47,401 nucleotides of DNA from Opitutia bacterium (GTDB lineage Bacteria; Verrucomicrobiota; Verrucomicrobiia; Opitutales; T3Sed10-336). Numbering within the stretch: position 1 is the first letter of the stretch; each line of letters begins with the position of its first letter. A model generated the notes under the pieces. It did not search any database, was not told the DNA's origin, and worked only from the letters and a program-made list of their open reading frames with translations. The stretch lies in contig JBJHCF010000012.1 of the NCBI GenBank assembly GCA_050506795.1, positions 1 through 47,401 on the forward strand, read 5' to 3'. Made by a program: the position numbers and the translations under genes. This document shows, in pieces, positions 1 to 11,000 of this stretch.

Positions 1-222
1 GCATGACAAAGCAAACGGCCGGAGGGACTGAGTCCGATCACGGAGAGTTCCCGGGATCGAGCTTGCGGTGATGCGGAAGGCATCGGGATAAACTTTCAAC
101 TTTCGAAGGTGCCGAAAAGAAGAATTTTTCCCCGTTAATCGCTGTCTCGGTTAACGAGGTATTCGAGGCGCGGACCTTCTCGAGCCTTTTTCCTTTCCCG
201 ATTTTGTTTCTGTGCGGGTCGT

Positions 223-963
223 TCAATCATTCAATGCACGGTCGTTCGACGTACTCCCCTGGTCCGGGACGCCCGCCGGCTGCGATCGCGCGAGCGCAAA
301 CAGTTCTTTCGGTGAGACGCGGTGGTGCCGGGCGAACTCACTTATCGACATCAGGGGATCCTCGACCGGGTAACCGGCTTCCTCGAAGGTGGTCATCATG
401 TCCGCGAAGGAAACACCGGCCCAGGCCGCAAAACTCGGGAGGTTTGCCTCCTGGACCCAGGTCGAAGGCGCGCGTGCCACGCGATCGGGGTCCCTTTCCC
501 AATAGTCTTTGATCGCGGTGTTGACCTTTTCAACCCCGCTGAATGGGGGCAGCTCGCCGATCGTGCCGGCGACAACCAGAACCGTCAGAACGCAGGCAGC
601 CAGAAGCTCCCGCAAGCGCGCGCGAGGCCTGGCCGGTCGCGAGCAGACGTAGTGCACCAATACCCGCCAATTGAAAAACAGGTGGAGTGCAACGACCGCC
701 ACGAACAGGATTCCTGCTGCTGTGTGCAGGTCGGACCAGTCCTCTTTGCCCAGGCCCATGACCGTCCAGTCTGTCCAGTTCGCCACGCGGCCGCGCGGGG
801 CGACGTACAGCACGATGCCGGAAACGATCATGATCAGGAAAGCGAAGCCTGTGGCGAGTGAGGCAAAGCCGCGCAAGTTGAAGCGGCGTTCACGCGTTTT
901 TGGGGGGCTCACGTCACTCGGGGCGGGCTCAGCGGCGCTGCAAAGCGAATGTTTCTTTTTCAT
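223..963 (-). CDS. DUF4405-domain membrane protein
   Basis: TM segments with 'SGIVLYVAP..W..MGLGKEDWSDLH..HLFFNW' pattern typical of DUF4405, plus C-terminal soluble domain. Confidence 0.8.
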   Translation of the reverse strand: MKKKHSLCSAAEPAPSDVSPPKTRERRFNLRGFASLATGFAFLIMIVSGIVLYVAPRGRVANWTDWTVMGLGKEDWSDLHTAAGILFVAVVALHLFFNWRVLVHYVCSRPARPRARLRELLAACVLTVLVVAGTIGELPPFSGVEKVNTAIKDYWERDPDRVARAPSTWVQEANLPSFAAWAGVSFADMMTTFEEAGYPVEDPLMSISEFARHHRVSPKELFALARSQPAGVPDQGSTSNDRALND

Positions 964-975
964 GTTTTATTTCCC

Positions 976-1001
976 ATTCCCGGAAACGGGCGTTTCTTAC
1001 A
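976..1001 (-). promoter_or_regulatory. TGTAAGAA-N11-CGGGAAT motif (putative ECF-sigma promoter), copy 1
   Basis: Ends 12 nt before ATG at 963; same spacing as three other copies. Confidence 0.55.
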
Positions 1002-1059
1002 CCTCCTTGCTCAAGTTGTTCGAAAGAATCGGTGGAATGGATGGTTTTGGGAGTACGGC

Positions 1060-1085
1060 TGTAAGATTTTCGTCTCTTCGGGAGT
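1060..1085 (+). promoter_or_regulatory. TGTAAGAT-N11-CGGGAGT motif, copy 2
   Basis: Exact motif and spacing seen in sequence. Confidence 0.55.
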
Positions 1086-1180
1086 AGGGGAGATGTATGG
1101 ACAATCCAAACCTTGGTGGTGAGCCCGGCTCACTGAGTCCCGGAATCACCGTTTTGATTCCGGCCGGTTCAGGATTTCTT

Positions 1181-1206
1181 TGTAAGATCCGGCGATTACC
1201 GGGAGT
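1181..1206 (+). promoter_or_regulatory. TGTAAGAT-N11-CGGGAGT motif, copy 3
   Basis: Exact motif and spacing, upstream of gene at 1274. Confidence 0.55.
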
Positions 1207-1273
1207 TCGAAGGGTAGGGGCGTCCTGCCGGTGCAGAGTGCCTTTCGAAACAGAAACTTCATTCGATTCAAAA

Positions 1274-1792
1274 ATGATCCGACTATCCAACTCGATTTCG
1301 CGCGGTCTTTCGGCCGCGCTTCTCTTTGCCCTCCTGCCGGGTGCCTGCCTTCTGGCCGAGGAACCCGTGCGCGGGCCGCTGCCGGAAAGCCAGCGCGACC
1401 TCATCCACCAGTTGGCCAGGTCGCACGACAAGATCCAGCGGCAGGTGACGCTCACGGAAACCGGTTACGAGGCGACTACGACCTCGACCGATCCCGAGAT
1501 CGCGGCCGCGCTGCGAGCCCATGTCGCCTATATGCAAAAGCGGCTCGCGGCCGGGTCGATGGTTCGACGGTGGGATCCCGCCTACGTCGAGATGATTGCC
1601 CACCAAAAGGATCTGACGCTGGATGTCGTCGAGCTCCCGAATGGCCTGCAGGTCACGATGGTGGGCGCAACGCCGGAGGCCGTGGCGGTGGCCCACAACC
1701 ATGCCGGAATCGTGAGCGGGTTTGTGGAGGAAGGACCGCCCGCCGTTCGACGGGAACACGCCCCGGCGCTGGAAAAGCCGGAGGGCTCCTGA
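1274..1792 (+). CDS. secreted hypothetical protein (His-containing, possibly metal-binding)
   Basis: Signal peptide-like N-terminus; 'TTSTDPEIAAALRAHVAYM..R..VRRWDP' resembles a PVC-group family; start chosen at internal ATG. Confidence 0.65.
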   Translation: MIRLSNSISRGLSAALLFALLPGACLLAEEPVRGPLPESQRDLIHQLARSHDKIQRQVTLTETGYEATTTSTDPEIAAALRAHVAYMQKRLAAGSMVRRWDPAYVEMIAHQKDLTLDVVELPNGLQVTMVGATPEAVAVAHNHAGIVSGFVEEGPPAVRREHAPALEKPEGS

Positions 1793-1837
1793 GCGGTCGG
1801 CAGTAGGTTGACAAAGGCCTCGTCCGTCGCATCCCGT

Positions 1838-4800
1838 TCAACCGGAAAACGCCTCAGTAAACAGGGAAACCGGATTATCGTACCAGAAGCGGGCATCGTC
1901 TCCTTCGGCGCCCCGGTCGCGGTGGCGGTTGTAGAGGCACAGGCGTACCGAAACCGTGAGGTCTCCGTGCGCGAATTCGAGCGGCACGCCATCCTTTTCA
2001 AAGAGTCGTTTGTAACCGGCGACTTTGTTCCGCCAGTCTTCGTGTTGCATTCCCTTCGGGTCCACGAAGACGATGGTGTACGAATTCCCTTTTGCTCCCC
2101 AAAAGATGAAATCCGGGATGAATGAGCGAACCTTGTTTTGCTTGGGGTCGTAATACGGGATGCAGGGGGAATCGAGATATTCGTCCAGTTTGCTGAACAT
2201 CCACCAATCGAGGGAGCGGAGCGGGCATGTTGGTTTCGCCACGGATCGTTTGAGATCCTCCAAAAAGTGGACCTCGCTTTCGGTGTCGATGATGTGACGG
2301 ATATATTCGATGCGGGAACCGGTCGAGTAGATGACGGGGAGATAGAAATGGTTCGCGAGGTATTCGACGCAGATATCGTCGTTGTAGATTTGCTTGTTGC
2401 CGAGCTCCCGTTCCTCCATGATGCGGCTCAGCTCCTGGGCCTTTTCAGCAAAGTCCCATTCGAGCTGTTCGACTTCCTTCCAAACAGTGGCGGCCTCCTC
2501 CTTGCCTTCGGGGGTTTGCGAGTAGAGGACGCGATCGACTTTTCGCTGTATGGCTTCCGCGTGAACCTTGTCCACGCTCATTCTGCGAAAATGGACGATG
2601 TCTTTTTCGATCTCCAACGAACTGAAGGTTTCCAGCTCGCGCGCCTTGAGATCGAAGTAACTCATGATTCGGCTGACCATGACCTCCATGTTTCGGTAGG
2701 TCCTGTTGCCATGGCGGCTGAAATATTGTTCGGGCTTCCGGACGCTCTCGCGAAAGCGACGCACCTGTGAGGGCGATCCTCCGTGGGTAAGCAGGAGCAC
2801 CGCGTCCTCGTTGACGGCATCGTCATAATCGGCGGCAAGGTCGAAATCCGGGTCGGTGATCTCGAATTTCGATGGCAAGCGAAGATCGACGATGGGAGTG
2901 CCGTTATCGAGATACCGGGGGACCAACAAAAGGTGCTTTTCGGCCGCGGGGTTCAGTTCCAGATCCAGGATTTGTTGTTCGTCACGTTTCTCCTCTTTCA
3001 GCCGGCCAAGGACAACGTTCAAGGCGTCGCGATTGGTGCCGAGGACGTAGAGAGTCTCGGGATACGTCGTCAGCTTTCTCAGGGAACGGAAAAGATTTCT
3101 GTCGTCGAAGCGGTCGGACAATTCCTCGAAGCGGCGCCGCTCTCCCTGCCAGGAGCGGACCCGGACGCCACGGCCAACCGACTGCATGATGAATTTCTTC
3201 GCATCCTCACCGGTGCCGATGTTCACGAAGTTGATCACATTCGGCCGGTGGGAGTCCCATCCTTCGTAGAAAGACCGGGAGCCCATCAGAATGTTGATCG
3301 ACGAGTCGGGATCGTTGAGCCGCATGAAGAAGCTGTCGGACTCGAATGTTTCGGTGAAATCGAAACCGCCGAGCTTCTCGCGCAGCCAGGCCGTAACGTC
3401 GCCGATCTTGATCAGGGCGAACGGGCGTTCGGAGGTTTTTACCTTGAACGCGATTTCCTTCCGGTTTCCGGGACGAACAAGCACTTCGATTTCGCCGCCG
3501 CCGTCGGCTTCGGAGTTATACACCTCGCGCCAGACATCCCGGGCGGTGAGAGAATGGATTTCCTCCCGGGGAATCTCCAGTTTGCGGCCGTCTTCATAGA
3601 GGAGACTTGGTTCCTCTTTCAGTTCCAGCCAAAGCTCTTCCTTGGCTTCCCGCCAGACCGCCGCCGGGACCTTCCCGCTTCCGATGGCGAGGATCTGCTC
3701 GAAGTAGATTTTCAGGTCGGAGTCCTCGGTATTCACGGAGTTCACCAAAGCGAGCAGCATCGGATGATGGTAAAATCCGAAGGAAGCCCCTTCCGGCAGT
3801 TTGGAGCGAAGCTGCCGCACCTGGCGTGCGGTGAAGGCCATCAAAAGCATGCTCTTGATGACGATCTTTCTTTTCTCGTCGTCGGAATAATCGGAACCGT
3901 CGCGCTTGAACGCGGAAAGTTCCTGTTTCAGGACGGCGACATGCTTGCCGTAGCCGTTCTCGATAAACTCGGAGAGGTTGAAGTTGTGAACCGTCGTCGC
4001 CAGATCGAGGATGTCCGTAAAGGTGGCGGAGAAATTGAATAGGAAGCCGGCGCGGCTGAGAATGTTGAAGATGTGCTTGCGCTTGGAATCGGCGGAGTCG
4101 CCCTTGTGGGCCTCGTCGAGAAGCACATACCAGCGGCCGTGGTTATCGTAATTTCGAAAATCGACGATCAGGTCCTTATGCTCGTCGTTGAGGTTATCGG
4201 AACGGTAATAGAAAACACGCAACGTGGAGTCGCGACCGAACAAGCCGCCGGGTGTTTCGCGTTGCGCTTCCGGGTATTCGCGCAATTCGCGAAGCTCGAT
4301 ATGGACCGGCGAATCCGGCGTCCGATTGAACTCGCGTACGGTGGCATGAAATTGTTCGATCAAGTCCTCGCGACAGGTGAGGAATAGGACATCGCGCACC
4401 GGAATTTCCTCGCGGCGCATCAATTGGTGCAGGATCTCCAACAATTTGACCAGGACGATGGTCTTTCCGCTGCCGGTGGCCATCCAAAAGCCCATCCGAT
4501 TGCATACCTCCCGGAAGTCCACCTTTGGATTCTCTTCAGCCAGCGGGAAAAACTCATCGATCAAGGTCCGGAGGGGAAGCCTGGTTCGCTTGAGATCCAG
4601 GTTGAGTGACCGCCGCTCCTTGTCGTTGAGAGCCATTCCATCGTAATACCAATCCGCCATCTTCCGCTTGCGCTCGGCATCGGCGTTGTGGTCCTCGCCG
4701 GGAAAAAAGTCGGCGAAATCCTCGTAGTATTTGAAAAGCGCCGTAACCGCCAGTTTCAGTGCCTGCTGCTGGTAATCCCAGAGGCGCACACCGGAAGCGA

Positions 4801-4888
4801 AGCGCTCCAGATCGAACGTGTTCCAGTTCGGCGGGAGGGTTTCGTAGGGCGTCTTGGCGACCAGATATTCCAGCGATTTAAGCGGCAT
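1838..4888 (-). CDS. res: type III restriction enzyme, Res subunit (SF2 helicase + PD-(D/E)xK nuclease)
   Basis: Walker A ATGSGKT, DEAH, SAT, QSVGRGVR; C-terminal IPDF...VDPKG; start MPLKSL just downstream of mod stop. Confidence 0.9.
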   Translation of the reverse strand: MPLKSLEYLVAKTPYETLPPNWNTFDLERFASGVRLWDYQQQALKLAVTALFKYYEDFADFFPGEDHNADAERKRKMADWYYDGMALNDKERRSLNLDLKRTRLPLRTLIDEFFPLAEENPKVDFREVCNRMGFWMATGSGKTIVLVKLLEILHQLMRREEIPVRDVLFLTCREDLIEQFHATVREFNRTPDSPVHIELRELREYPEAQRETPGGLFGRDSTLRVFYYRSDNLNDEHKDLIVDFRNYDNHGRWYVLLDEAHKGDSADSKRKHIFNILSRAGFLFNFSATFTDILDLATTVHNFNLSEFIENGYGKHVAVLKQELSAFKRDGSDYSDDEKRKIVIKSMLLMAFTARQVRQLRSKLPEGASFGFYHHPMLLALVNSVNTEDSDLKIYFEQILAIGSGKVPAAVWREAKEELWLELKEEPSLLYEDGRKLEIPREEIHSLTARDVWREVYNSEADGGGEIEVLVRPGNRKEIAFKVKTSERPFALIKIGDVTAWLREKLGGFDFTETFESDSFFMRLNDPDSSINILMGSRSFYEGWDSHRPNVINFVNIGTGEDAKKFIMQSVGRGVRVRSWQGERRRFEELSDRFDDRNLFRSLRKLTTYPETLYVLGTNRDALNVVLGRLKEEKRDEQQILDLELNPAAEKHLLLVPRYLDNGTPIVDLRLPSKFEITDPDFDLAADYDDAVNEDAVLLLTHGGSPSQVRRFRESVRKPEQYFSRHGNRTYRNMEVMVSRIMSYFDLKARELETFSSLEIEKDIVHFRRMSVDKVHAEAIQRKVDRVLYSQTPEGKEEAATVWKEVEQLEWDFAEKAQELSRIMEERELGNKQIYNDDICVEYLANHFYLPVIYSTGSRIEYIRHIIDTESEVHFLEDLKRSVAKPTCPLRSLDWWMFSKLDEYLDSPCIPYYDPKQNKVRSFIPDFIFWGAKGNSYTIVFVDPKGMQHEDWRNKVAGYKRLFEKDGVPLEFAHGDLTVSVRLCLYNRHRDRGAEGDDARFWYDNPVSLFTEAFSG

Positions 4889-4893
4889 GGCGA

Positions 4894-7650
4894 TCAGACG
4901 ATTTCTCCCCAGAAAATGAGAGGCTTCAGCAATTTCCAGTCCGGCTTGACGAGGCTCTGTTTCGTTCCGTCGGTAAACTCCACCTCTTCGGCCGTAACTC
5001 GCTTGATCCACTTGCCGGTAACACAGGAAAGCGTTTCGGCCAGGTCGATATCCGGATAGAGCCGGTCAAGGTGAACGTTGACTTCGTTCTTTTCGTAATC
5101 GAGCTCCAGCGCCCGCGACATCTTCGGGTCGCGGAAGAAAACGTATTGGCTGTAGGGGTCGGTCTTTGTGTTGCGGAATAGGTCGCCGTCTTCTTCGTAA
5201 TAAATTGCCGTCGAAAGCGAATCTTCATACTGTTCGAGGCTGCAATATTTGAAAAACAAGCTGGCTCCGTTTGGCTCAACCGCTTTGCCTTTTTCCCACT
5301 TATCGGACCATGCCAGTTTCTTGAAACGTGGAATAACCGTGGTCTCCACGTAATCAGCGGCTTCTACGAACAGGAATTTCCGGCCACCGTTGCTCCGGGC
5401 GAGGGAAATCACCGCCTCGCCCGTGGTCCCGCTTCCCAAAAAGAAGTCGCCGACCAAATCGCCGGGATCCGTAATGTATTTTATCAAACGTGCAATGACT
5501 TCGGGATCCTTCGGGTTTTTGAACACGTCACCGCCCATGAGTTTTCGCAAACGCATTACCGCAGGTTGTTGAAATGCTTGGAATATACTCGTCATTACTT
5601 GGACGCTAACCTCATCCTCACCGTCTGGGTCGTGAGCCGGAGCGTAACCATTTGAATCTGGATCAAATTCCGTTGACACGTAATTGAGATACTTCTTCAG
5701 CATGGGTGGCTTTTGCGCGTCTTTCCCCTCCCGAAATTCAATGAACCCATTTTCATAATACAGCCAAAACTTTTCCTTGGTTGAGAACGCCCATCCCCTA
5801 TCCGGAATTTGGCACGGTCGTTTAGTAGCCGGATTCCTTATTTCATATCTTGGCCCGTTTCCACCGGGCCACGAAATATCCTTATCTCGCCAAACGCCGT
5901 TTTGATCCACCCGGCTGTAGCGGCGGTATTTCAAGGAGGGATGGCCCTTAGGAAGCTTCGAATAGAATTCCCGTATTCCTTCCTGAATCGCCTCAACATT
6001 CGATCCAAGGCGTTCCTTAAGTCGACGATACTCAACAAGGATCTCACGGGCACCCGGTTTCTCTTCTCTCCAAACCGTTTTACGACGTTTCAGTTCATAA
6101 TAAGATTTTGCGTAAGCGACGATATAATCGTGTCCGACAGAAAACATTTTGGCATCATTTTTCCGCCCCTTTTCCCAGACCAGCTCCGCCAGGCAATTCT
6201 CCTCTCCGAAAATCATGTTGGTTATCGCTTTCAGATTCGCGAACTCTTCGCGCCCGATGCTCGAGAGCAACACTCCTTCCGGTTTGAGCGCGTCCCGTCC
6301 TAATTCAAGACGATCCGCAACCATACTCAGCCAACTCGACCGTTGGAATGAGTCCAGGTAGGCGAATTCGTCCTCGCCGGTATTATACGGCGGATCGATA
6401 TAAAACAGCTTTACCTTTCCTCGGTACTTCTCCCGAAGAGTATTCAGCGCCTGATAGTTCTCGCTCTTGATGAGACGTCCGTCGAGTTGGTTATCGAGGT
6501 CGTCGAAGAGGGTCAGCAGTTGGAGTTCGAACTCCTTGCCGAAATGGATGGTGTCGAGGGGAAGATAGCGCCAATCGGCGGCGAGAGTGCGGTTCTTGCC
6601 TTTGCCTTCCAGGATGGCGGCGGCGGCAAACTTCTCTCCGACGAGCCCCAATTCCTTCCATTCCGCAATCTGCTGTTTCGCGCCCTTGTTTTTAAGAGCG
6701 GCGGCGATCACCTCCACACCGCCTTCGCGGGCGGCGATGCGATCGAGAGTGATGACGTAATGCGAGCCGCGAACGAATTTCGGCTTGTTCCAGATGCGGA
6801 CCAACTCGTCCTCGAACTGGGCGATAAAGTCGATGAGGCGAAACGCGATCTCCTTCAGGGCCTGGAGTTGGGCGATGCGGGCCTGGGTCCAGGCGGTGCC
6901 GTCCTTGAAGAGGTATTGATACATCCAGAGGTCGAACTGTTCGCGAAGGAAGCCGCGGGCGTCCTTGTTAATGAAATAATCGACTTCGCTTTGGCGCTCG
7001 AAGACGCGGAAGGCTTTGCTTAAGGTTTCCTCGCGCACGGGATGGCCGGCTTTCTTGAGGGATTTGAGGATGGCATCCGTTTTCGTGATCCGGCCGCGCT
7101 CCGAATATTGGACGGAGAAACGAAGGGCGCCATCCGGCTCGACCTTTTCCAGTTCGTAAACCAACTGGCGCTTTTCGTTGTTTTTCTTGTGCCGGAGGGC
7201 GGAGCAATCGAAGAAGCAGACGCGCTCGTCGAGTTCGACTTTTAGGTCGCGGAAGATGCGATCCGTCTTCACATAATACAGCATGCGCGTCTTCCAGAAG
7301 AGGACGACATCCTGCTCGTCGGTGTACACCTTTTCGTAGACACCCATATGCCCGGGCGTGTAGGCGAAGCAGATGGAACCGCTCTTGCTGAAATACCGGG
7401 AGAAGAAGGCATGAAGCTTGTCGAACAGCTCCTCCCGGAATTCAGGGAAGTCCTTGAGAGCGCCGACGACATCCTTCAGCAACTCGGGACCTACCCGCCG
7501 CTCGTAGTAGGCGGCCTTGACGCGCATGAGGTTGATGTAACCGGACTGGCCGTCGACCTTCGCGCCGACAAACAGATCGCGCAGGGCTTCGTTGAATCGG
7601 CGCTCTTTCGGACCGGCTGAGGAAGAGGAGGTTGCTGAGGCGGCGCTCAT
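4894..7650 (-). CDS. mod: type III R-M DNA methyltransferase, Mod subunit (beta class, long N-terminal extension)
   Basis: IDPPY catalytic motif precedes DFFLGSGTT SAM-binding motif; adjacent to res. Confidence 0.9.
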   Translation of the reverse strand: MSAASATSSSSAGPKERRFNEALRDLFVGAKVDGQSGYINLMRVKAAYYERRVGPELLKDVVGALKDFPEFREELFDKLHAFFSRYFSKSGSICFAYTPGHMGVYEKVYTDEQDVVLFWKTRMLYYVKTDRIFRDLKVELDERVCFFDCSALRHKKNNEKRQLVYELEKVEPDGALRFSVQYSERGRITKTDAILKSLKKAGHPVREETLSKAFRVFERQSEVDYFINKDARGFLREQFDLWMYQYLFKDGTAWTQARIAQLQALKEIAFRLIDFIAQFEDELVRIWNKPKFVRGSHYVITLDRIAAREGGVEVIAAALKNKGAKQQIAEWKELGLVGEKFAAAAILEGKGKNRTLAADWRYLPLDTIHFGKEFELQLLTLFDDLDNQLDGRLIKSENYQALNTLREKYRGKVKLFYIDPPYNTGEDEFAYLDSFQRSSWLSMVADRLELGRDALKPEGVLLSSIGREEFANLKAITNMIFGEENCLAELVWEKGRKNDAKMFSVGHDYIVAYAKSYYELKRRKTVWREEKPGAREILVEYRRLKERLGSNVEAIQEGIREFYSKLPKGHPSLKYRRYSRVDQNGVWRDKDISWPGGNGPRYEIRNPATKRPCQIPDRGWAFSTKEKFWLYYENGFIEFREGKDAQKPPMLKKYLNYVSTEFDPDSNGYAPAHDPDGEDEVSVQVMTSIFQAFQQPAVMRLRKLMGGDVFKNPKDPEVIARLIKYITDPGDLVGDFFLGSGTTGEAVISLARSNGGRKFLFVEAADYVETTVIPRFKKLAWSDKWEKGKAVEPNGASLFFKYCSLEQYEDSLSTAIYYEEDGDLFRNTKTDPYSQYVFFRDPKMSRALELDYEKNEVNVHLDRLYPDIDLAETLSCVTGKWIKRVTAEEVEFTDGTKQSLVKPDWKLLKPLIFWGEIV

Positions 7651-7898
7651 GATCGGGTTTGCGGTTGTTCGGGTGAAGGTGCTGGTTCTTCAGCCACACG
7701 GCGAGAGGAATCGCCCGGCTCCGGATAGCGAATCAGCCCGGGAAGGGAAGGTTGGCGGCGCTCCGCGACATAATCGGCGGCCCGCTGGAGAAACCACTCC
7801 TTTAGCGTCAATCCATCCGCCGCGAGCGCGGCGTGCAGATTTCGTTTGAGTTCGGGGTCAATCTCGATGACCAGTCGTCCTGAAGGTCCGCGTGCCAT
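7647..7898 (-). CDS. small ribbon-helix-helix-like DNA-binding protein, putative R-M controller
   Basis: 'RLVIEIDPELKRNLHAALAADGLTLKEWF' fits an RHH/CopG pattern; ATGA overlap with mod. Confidence 0.6.
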   Translation of the reverse strand: MARGPSGRLVIEIDPELKRNLHAALAADGLTLKEWFLQRAADYVAERRQPSLPGLIRYPEPGDSSRRVAEEPAPSPEQPQTRS

Positions 7899-8051
7899 AC
7901 ATGTGTCATGTCACATAAGGCACATCGCGAACGCAAGCACTTTTTCCCGCTTTCAGGGCGGGTGTTCGACATTTTCCAAACAAAGAGGCGATTTGGAAGG
8001 CGGTGGTGGCGTGGGTGGCCGGATGAATCTCGGATCGCGTCTTAGTCGGCT

Positions 8052-11000
8052 TCAAGAGCGCCGGACGGCCTGACGCAATGTCACGAATCGGTGAAGCAGT
8101 CCCGGCAAAAGGAAACAGGCAAGGGGAATGGAGAGCAACAGGGCTCCGGTCAGTGCGATCGCCAGGGGCCGCAGCAGGCCGAAAACCTCGCTTCCACCCA
8201 GAAGCAAAGGACTCATCCCCAACACCGTGCTGGCGACGGTCAGCGCGATGGGACGCACCCGGCTGCGACTCGCGTAAGCCAACGCCTCGGACAAGTCCAG
8301 CCTCTCATCCAGTTGAAGGCGCCAGCGTGTTTCAGAAAGGACCAATATCATGCTGTTGGCGACGATGCCCACCGAAATCAACAACCCGGCCAATACCATG
8401 GCATCCAGCGATTGACCCATCAGAACCAGCAGCACCAGCGATCCAACCCCACACAAGGGAATCGTCAGCCAACCCGCGAGAGCCCAAATGAACGATCCGT
8501 ACTGCACGGCAAGGATCAGCAGCACCATGAGCAAAGCCAGCGACAGGGCCAAACCGAAGGTCCGGCGGGTTTCCTCCAACGCCTCGACTTCGCCTTCCAG
8601 CCACCAACTGATTTCGTCCGGAAAATCCAATGACGCCAGAGTGGACTCGACCTCGGCGGCCACACGGGCGGGGCCGGGACCGCCCGGATCCAATTGCGCT
8701 CCCAGGCGGACGACCCGCTGATTCTCCCTTCGTTCAATGTGGGTGGGCTCCTCGACGAGGTCGAAACGCGAAACCTCAGCCAAATGAATCCAGCCGCCCC
8801 CCGAAGCCGGGATGACAAGGCTTTCCATGTGCTGCGGCCCGCCCGCATAGTCCCGGCTGTACCGGACCCGCAACGACAAAGGATCCCCCCGCTCCATTCG
8901 CCGCACCAGGACTTTCCCCTCCATCGCGTAATCCACCGTTCGGCGCAGTTCTCCCGGCGAAACGCCGTAATTGCTCAACGCGGCATAGTCCGGTTCGATT
9001 CGCCAGCGAGGGCTGACGCCCCCTCGCATTCGCTCCACATCGGCCAGTCCGGCCACTCCTCGCAATGCTTCCTCCACCTCGGCCTCGATCTCAGAAAGAG
9101 CGAGAAGGTTCCCATCCGGGCGGGTCAGGATCACCTCGATGTCGGCATCCGACAAACGCGTACGGACGCCGCGAATACGCGGTAGCTGAACCCGTACGCT
9201 CAATCCCATGACTTGCAGTTCGTCGATGGCCGCACGCGCGTCTCTTGCCCACGCCGCCGAAGGGCGGTCTCCGGAAAGCGTATCGACCCGCACCATGAAA
9301 TTGGCGGTCCCGGGACGGAATGAGGGCAAGCCTTCCCGGAAATACCCGCCCACGGTGGTGAACAAACCGGCCGTTCCGTCAACTTCCATCAAGGCCCCTT
9401 CCACCCGTCGGGTCACACGATCCATCGCATCGGGGCTGATGCCGGCGGGATGCACGATTCGGACATCCACAAATCCGTCGTCCACAACGGGGAGCACCTC
9501 AAAGGGAGGAACTCGCACCAGAATCACGCCACCGACCAGCAACAAGGCGAAAACCGGCCCCGTCACCCACGCACTGCGGGCGGTTCGCCAGAACGCTCCC
9601 GGCCAGGGACGCAGTGGAGCCGGCCGCGCTTCCTTCCTTTCCTCTCCTTCGGGCCGGGTAAAAACGGGCAGCATCACCAGAGCGGCCAGATAAGCAAACA
9701 CGGAACTGAAAATCACGGTCAGGATCAACGGCCGGAACAAAAGCGCCACCAATCCTTCCACCAGGAGGAAAGGCAGAACCGCGGCGACCGTCGTTAAAAG
9801 CGCACCGAACAAAGGTGTAGCCACGTCGAGCATGGCCTCCACCGGATCGTTTTCGCTACTGGAGGACCGCCGGTTGAGCCGGTCGAAATAGATGATCGCA
9901 TAATCCAAACCCAACCCCACCGAGATCAACAAACCCGCCAAGGTCAGCAGATTGAGTGACATGCCCGCGCCCGCCAACGCCAGCACGGCGCAGGCCAAGC
10001 CAACCAGGACCACCACCCCAACCAGGACCACGCGGCGCCCCTGTCGCAAGGTGAAAAACACCAGACCCATGGCCAGAAGCGATCCGACCCCGGCCGCCAC
10101 CATCACACTGCGAACGGCGCCGGAGGTGACGACGGAGTCATCGAACAGCAGAGTTGTCCGCACGTCCTCGAAACCACGGCGCTCCATTACCGTGTCCACG
10201 GTTCGCCGGACCTCCCGGGCCATTCGCAGCGAGCGAGCTTGAGGAGATCGATAGACGGTCACCAGGACTGCGGAGGACCCGTCCAATCGGGTACGCAGAC
10301 TGGTCTCGGACGGCGCACGGTAGGCCTGGGCAAAGGAACTCAAGGGAACGGTGGCCCGGGCGTCGCCCCCGGCACTGAACGTTCGTGCCAACAACCGTTC
10401 CTCTTGCCACACGGCCTCGCCGAGCACCCCCATACCTTCGAAATCCTCGGTCAAAAGCGTTCCTCCGGAGGGCGGCGCCGTCGCCTCCATCAACGTCATT
10501 TCCACCTCTTCCAGGGAGATTCCCAAGGATCGCTGCCTGGAGGGATCCAGATCCACCACCAATTCGGGATCCTCCTCACGGCCCATAAACACCATGTCCA
10601 CGCCATCGATGGCCCGCAATCGGGGCAACAAACTCGAACGCAGGCGCTGCCGCAGTTCAGCCGGAGTCAAACGATCCGACCCGAAAGCGAAGTGCAGCGC
10701 GGGCTCACCAGAAGTGGCCACCTCGAAGATCCTCGGCTCCGGGAAACCCGCCGGGATTCGGTCGCGCGCCCGTTGCACCCCCTGCTCGACCTCACGCAAG
10801 GCCCGGTCCATATCGTGGCCCGGTTCGAAGAACAGATCGATGTACGAACGCCCGTCCCCGGAGCGACTCTCCATCCGCACCAGTCCGGGGGTTCCCGCGA
10901 GCGCCGGCTCCAGGGGTTCATTGACGCTTTCCTCTATGACCGCGGACGTCTGCCCGGGCAGGTCTCCGATGACCCGCACCTGGGGATACCGAACCTCGGG

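Noticed and set aside
1..83. Start of a minus-strand CDS (MPSASPQARSRELSVIGLSPSGRL...) leaving the window
   Set aside because: Too short to support a call.
4889..5011. N-terminal extension of res
   Set aside because: It overlaps the mod 3' end; ATG at 4888 lies just after the mod stop.
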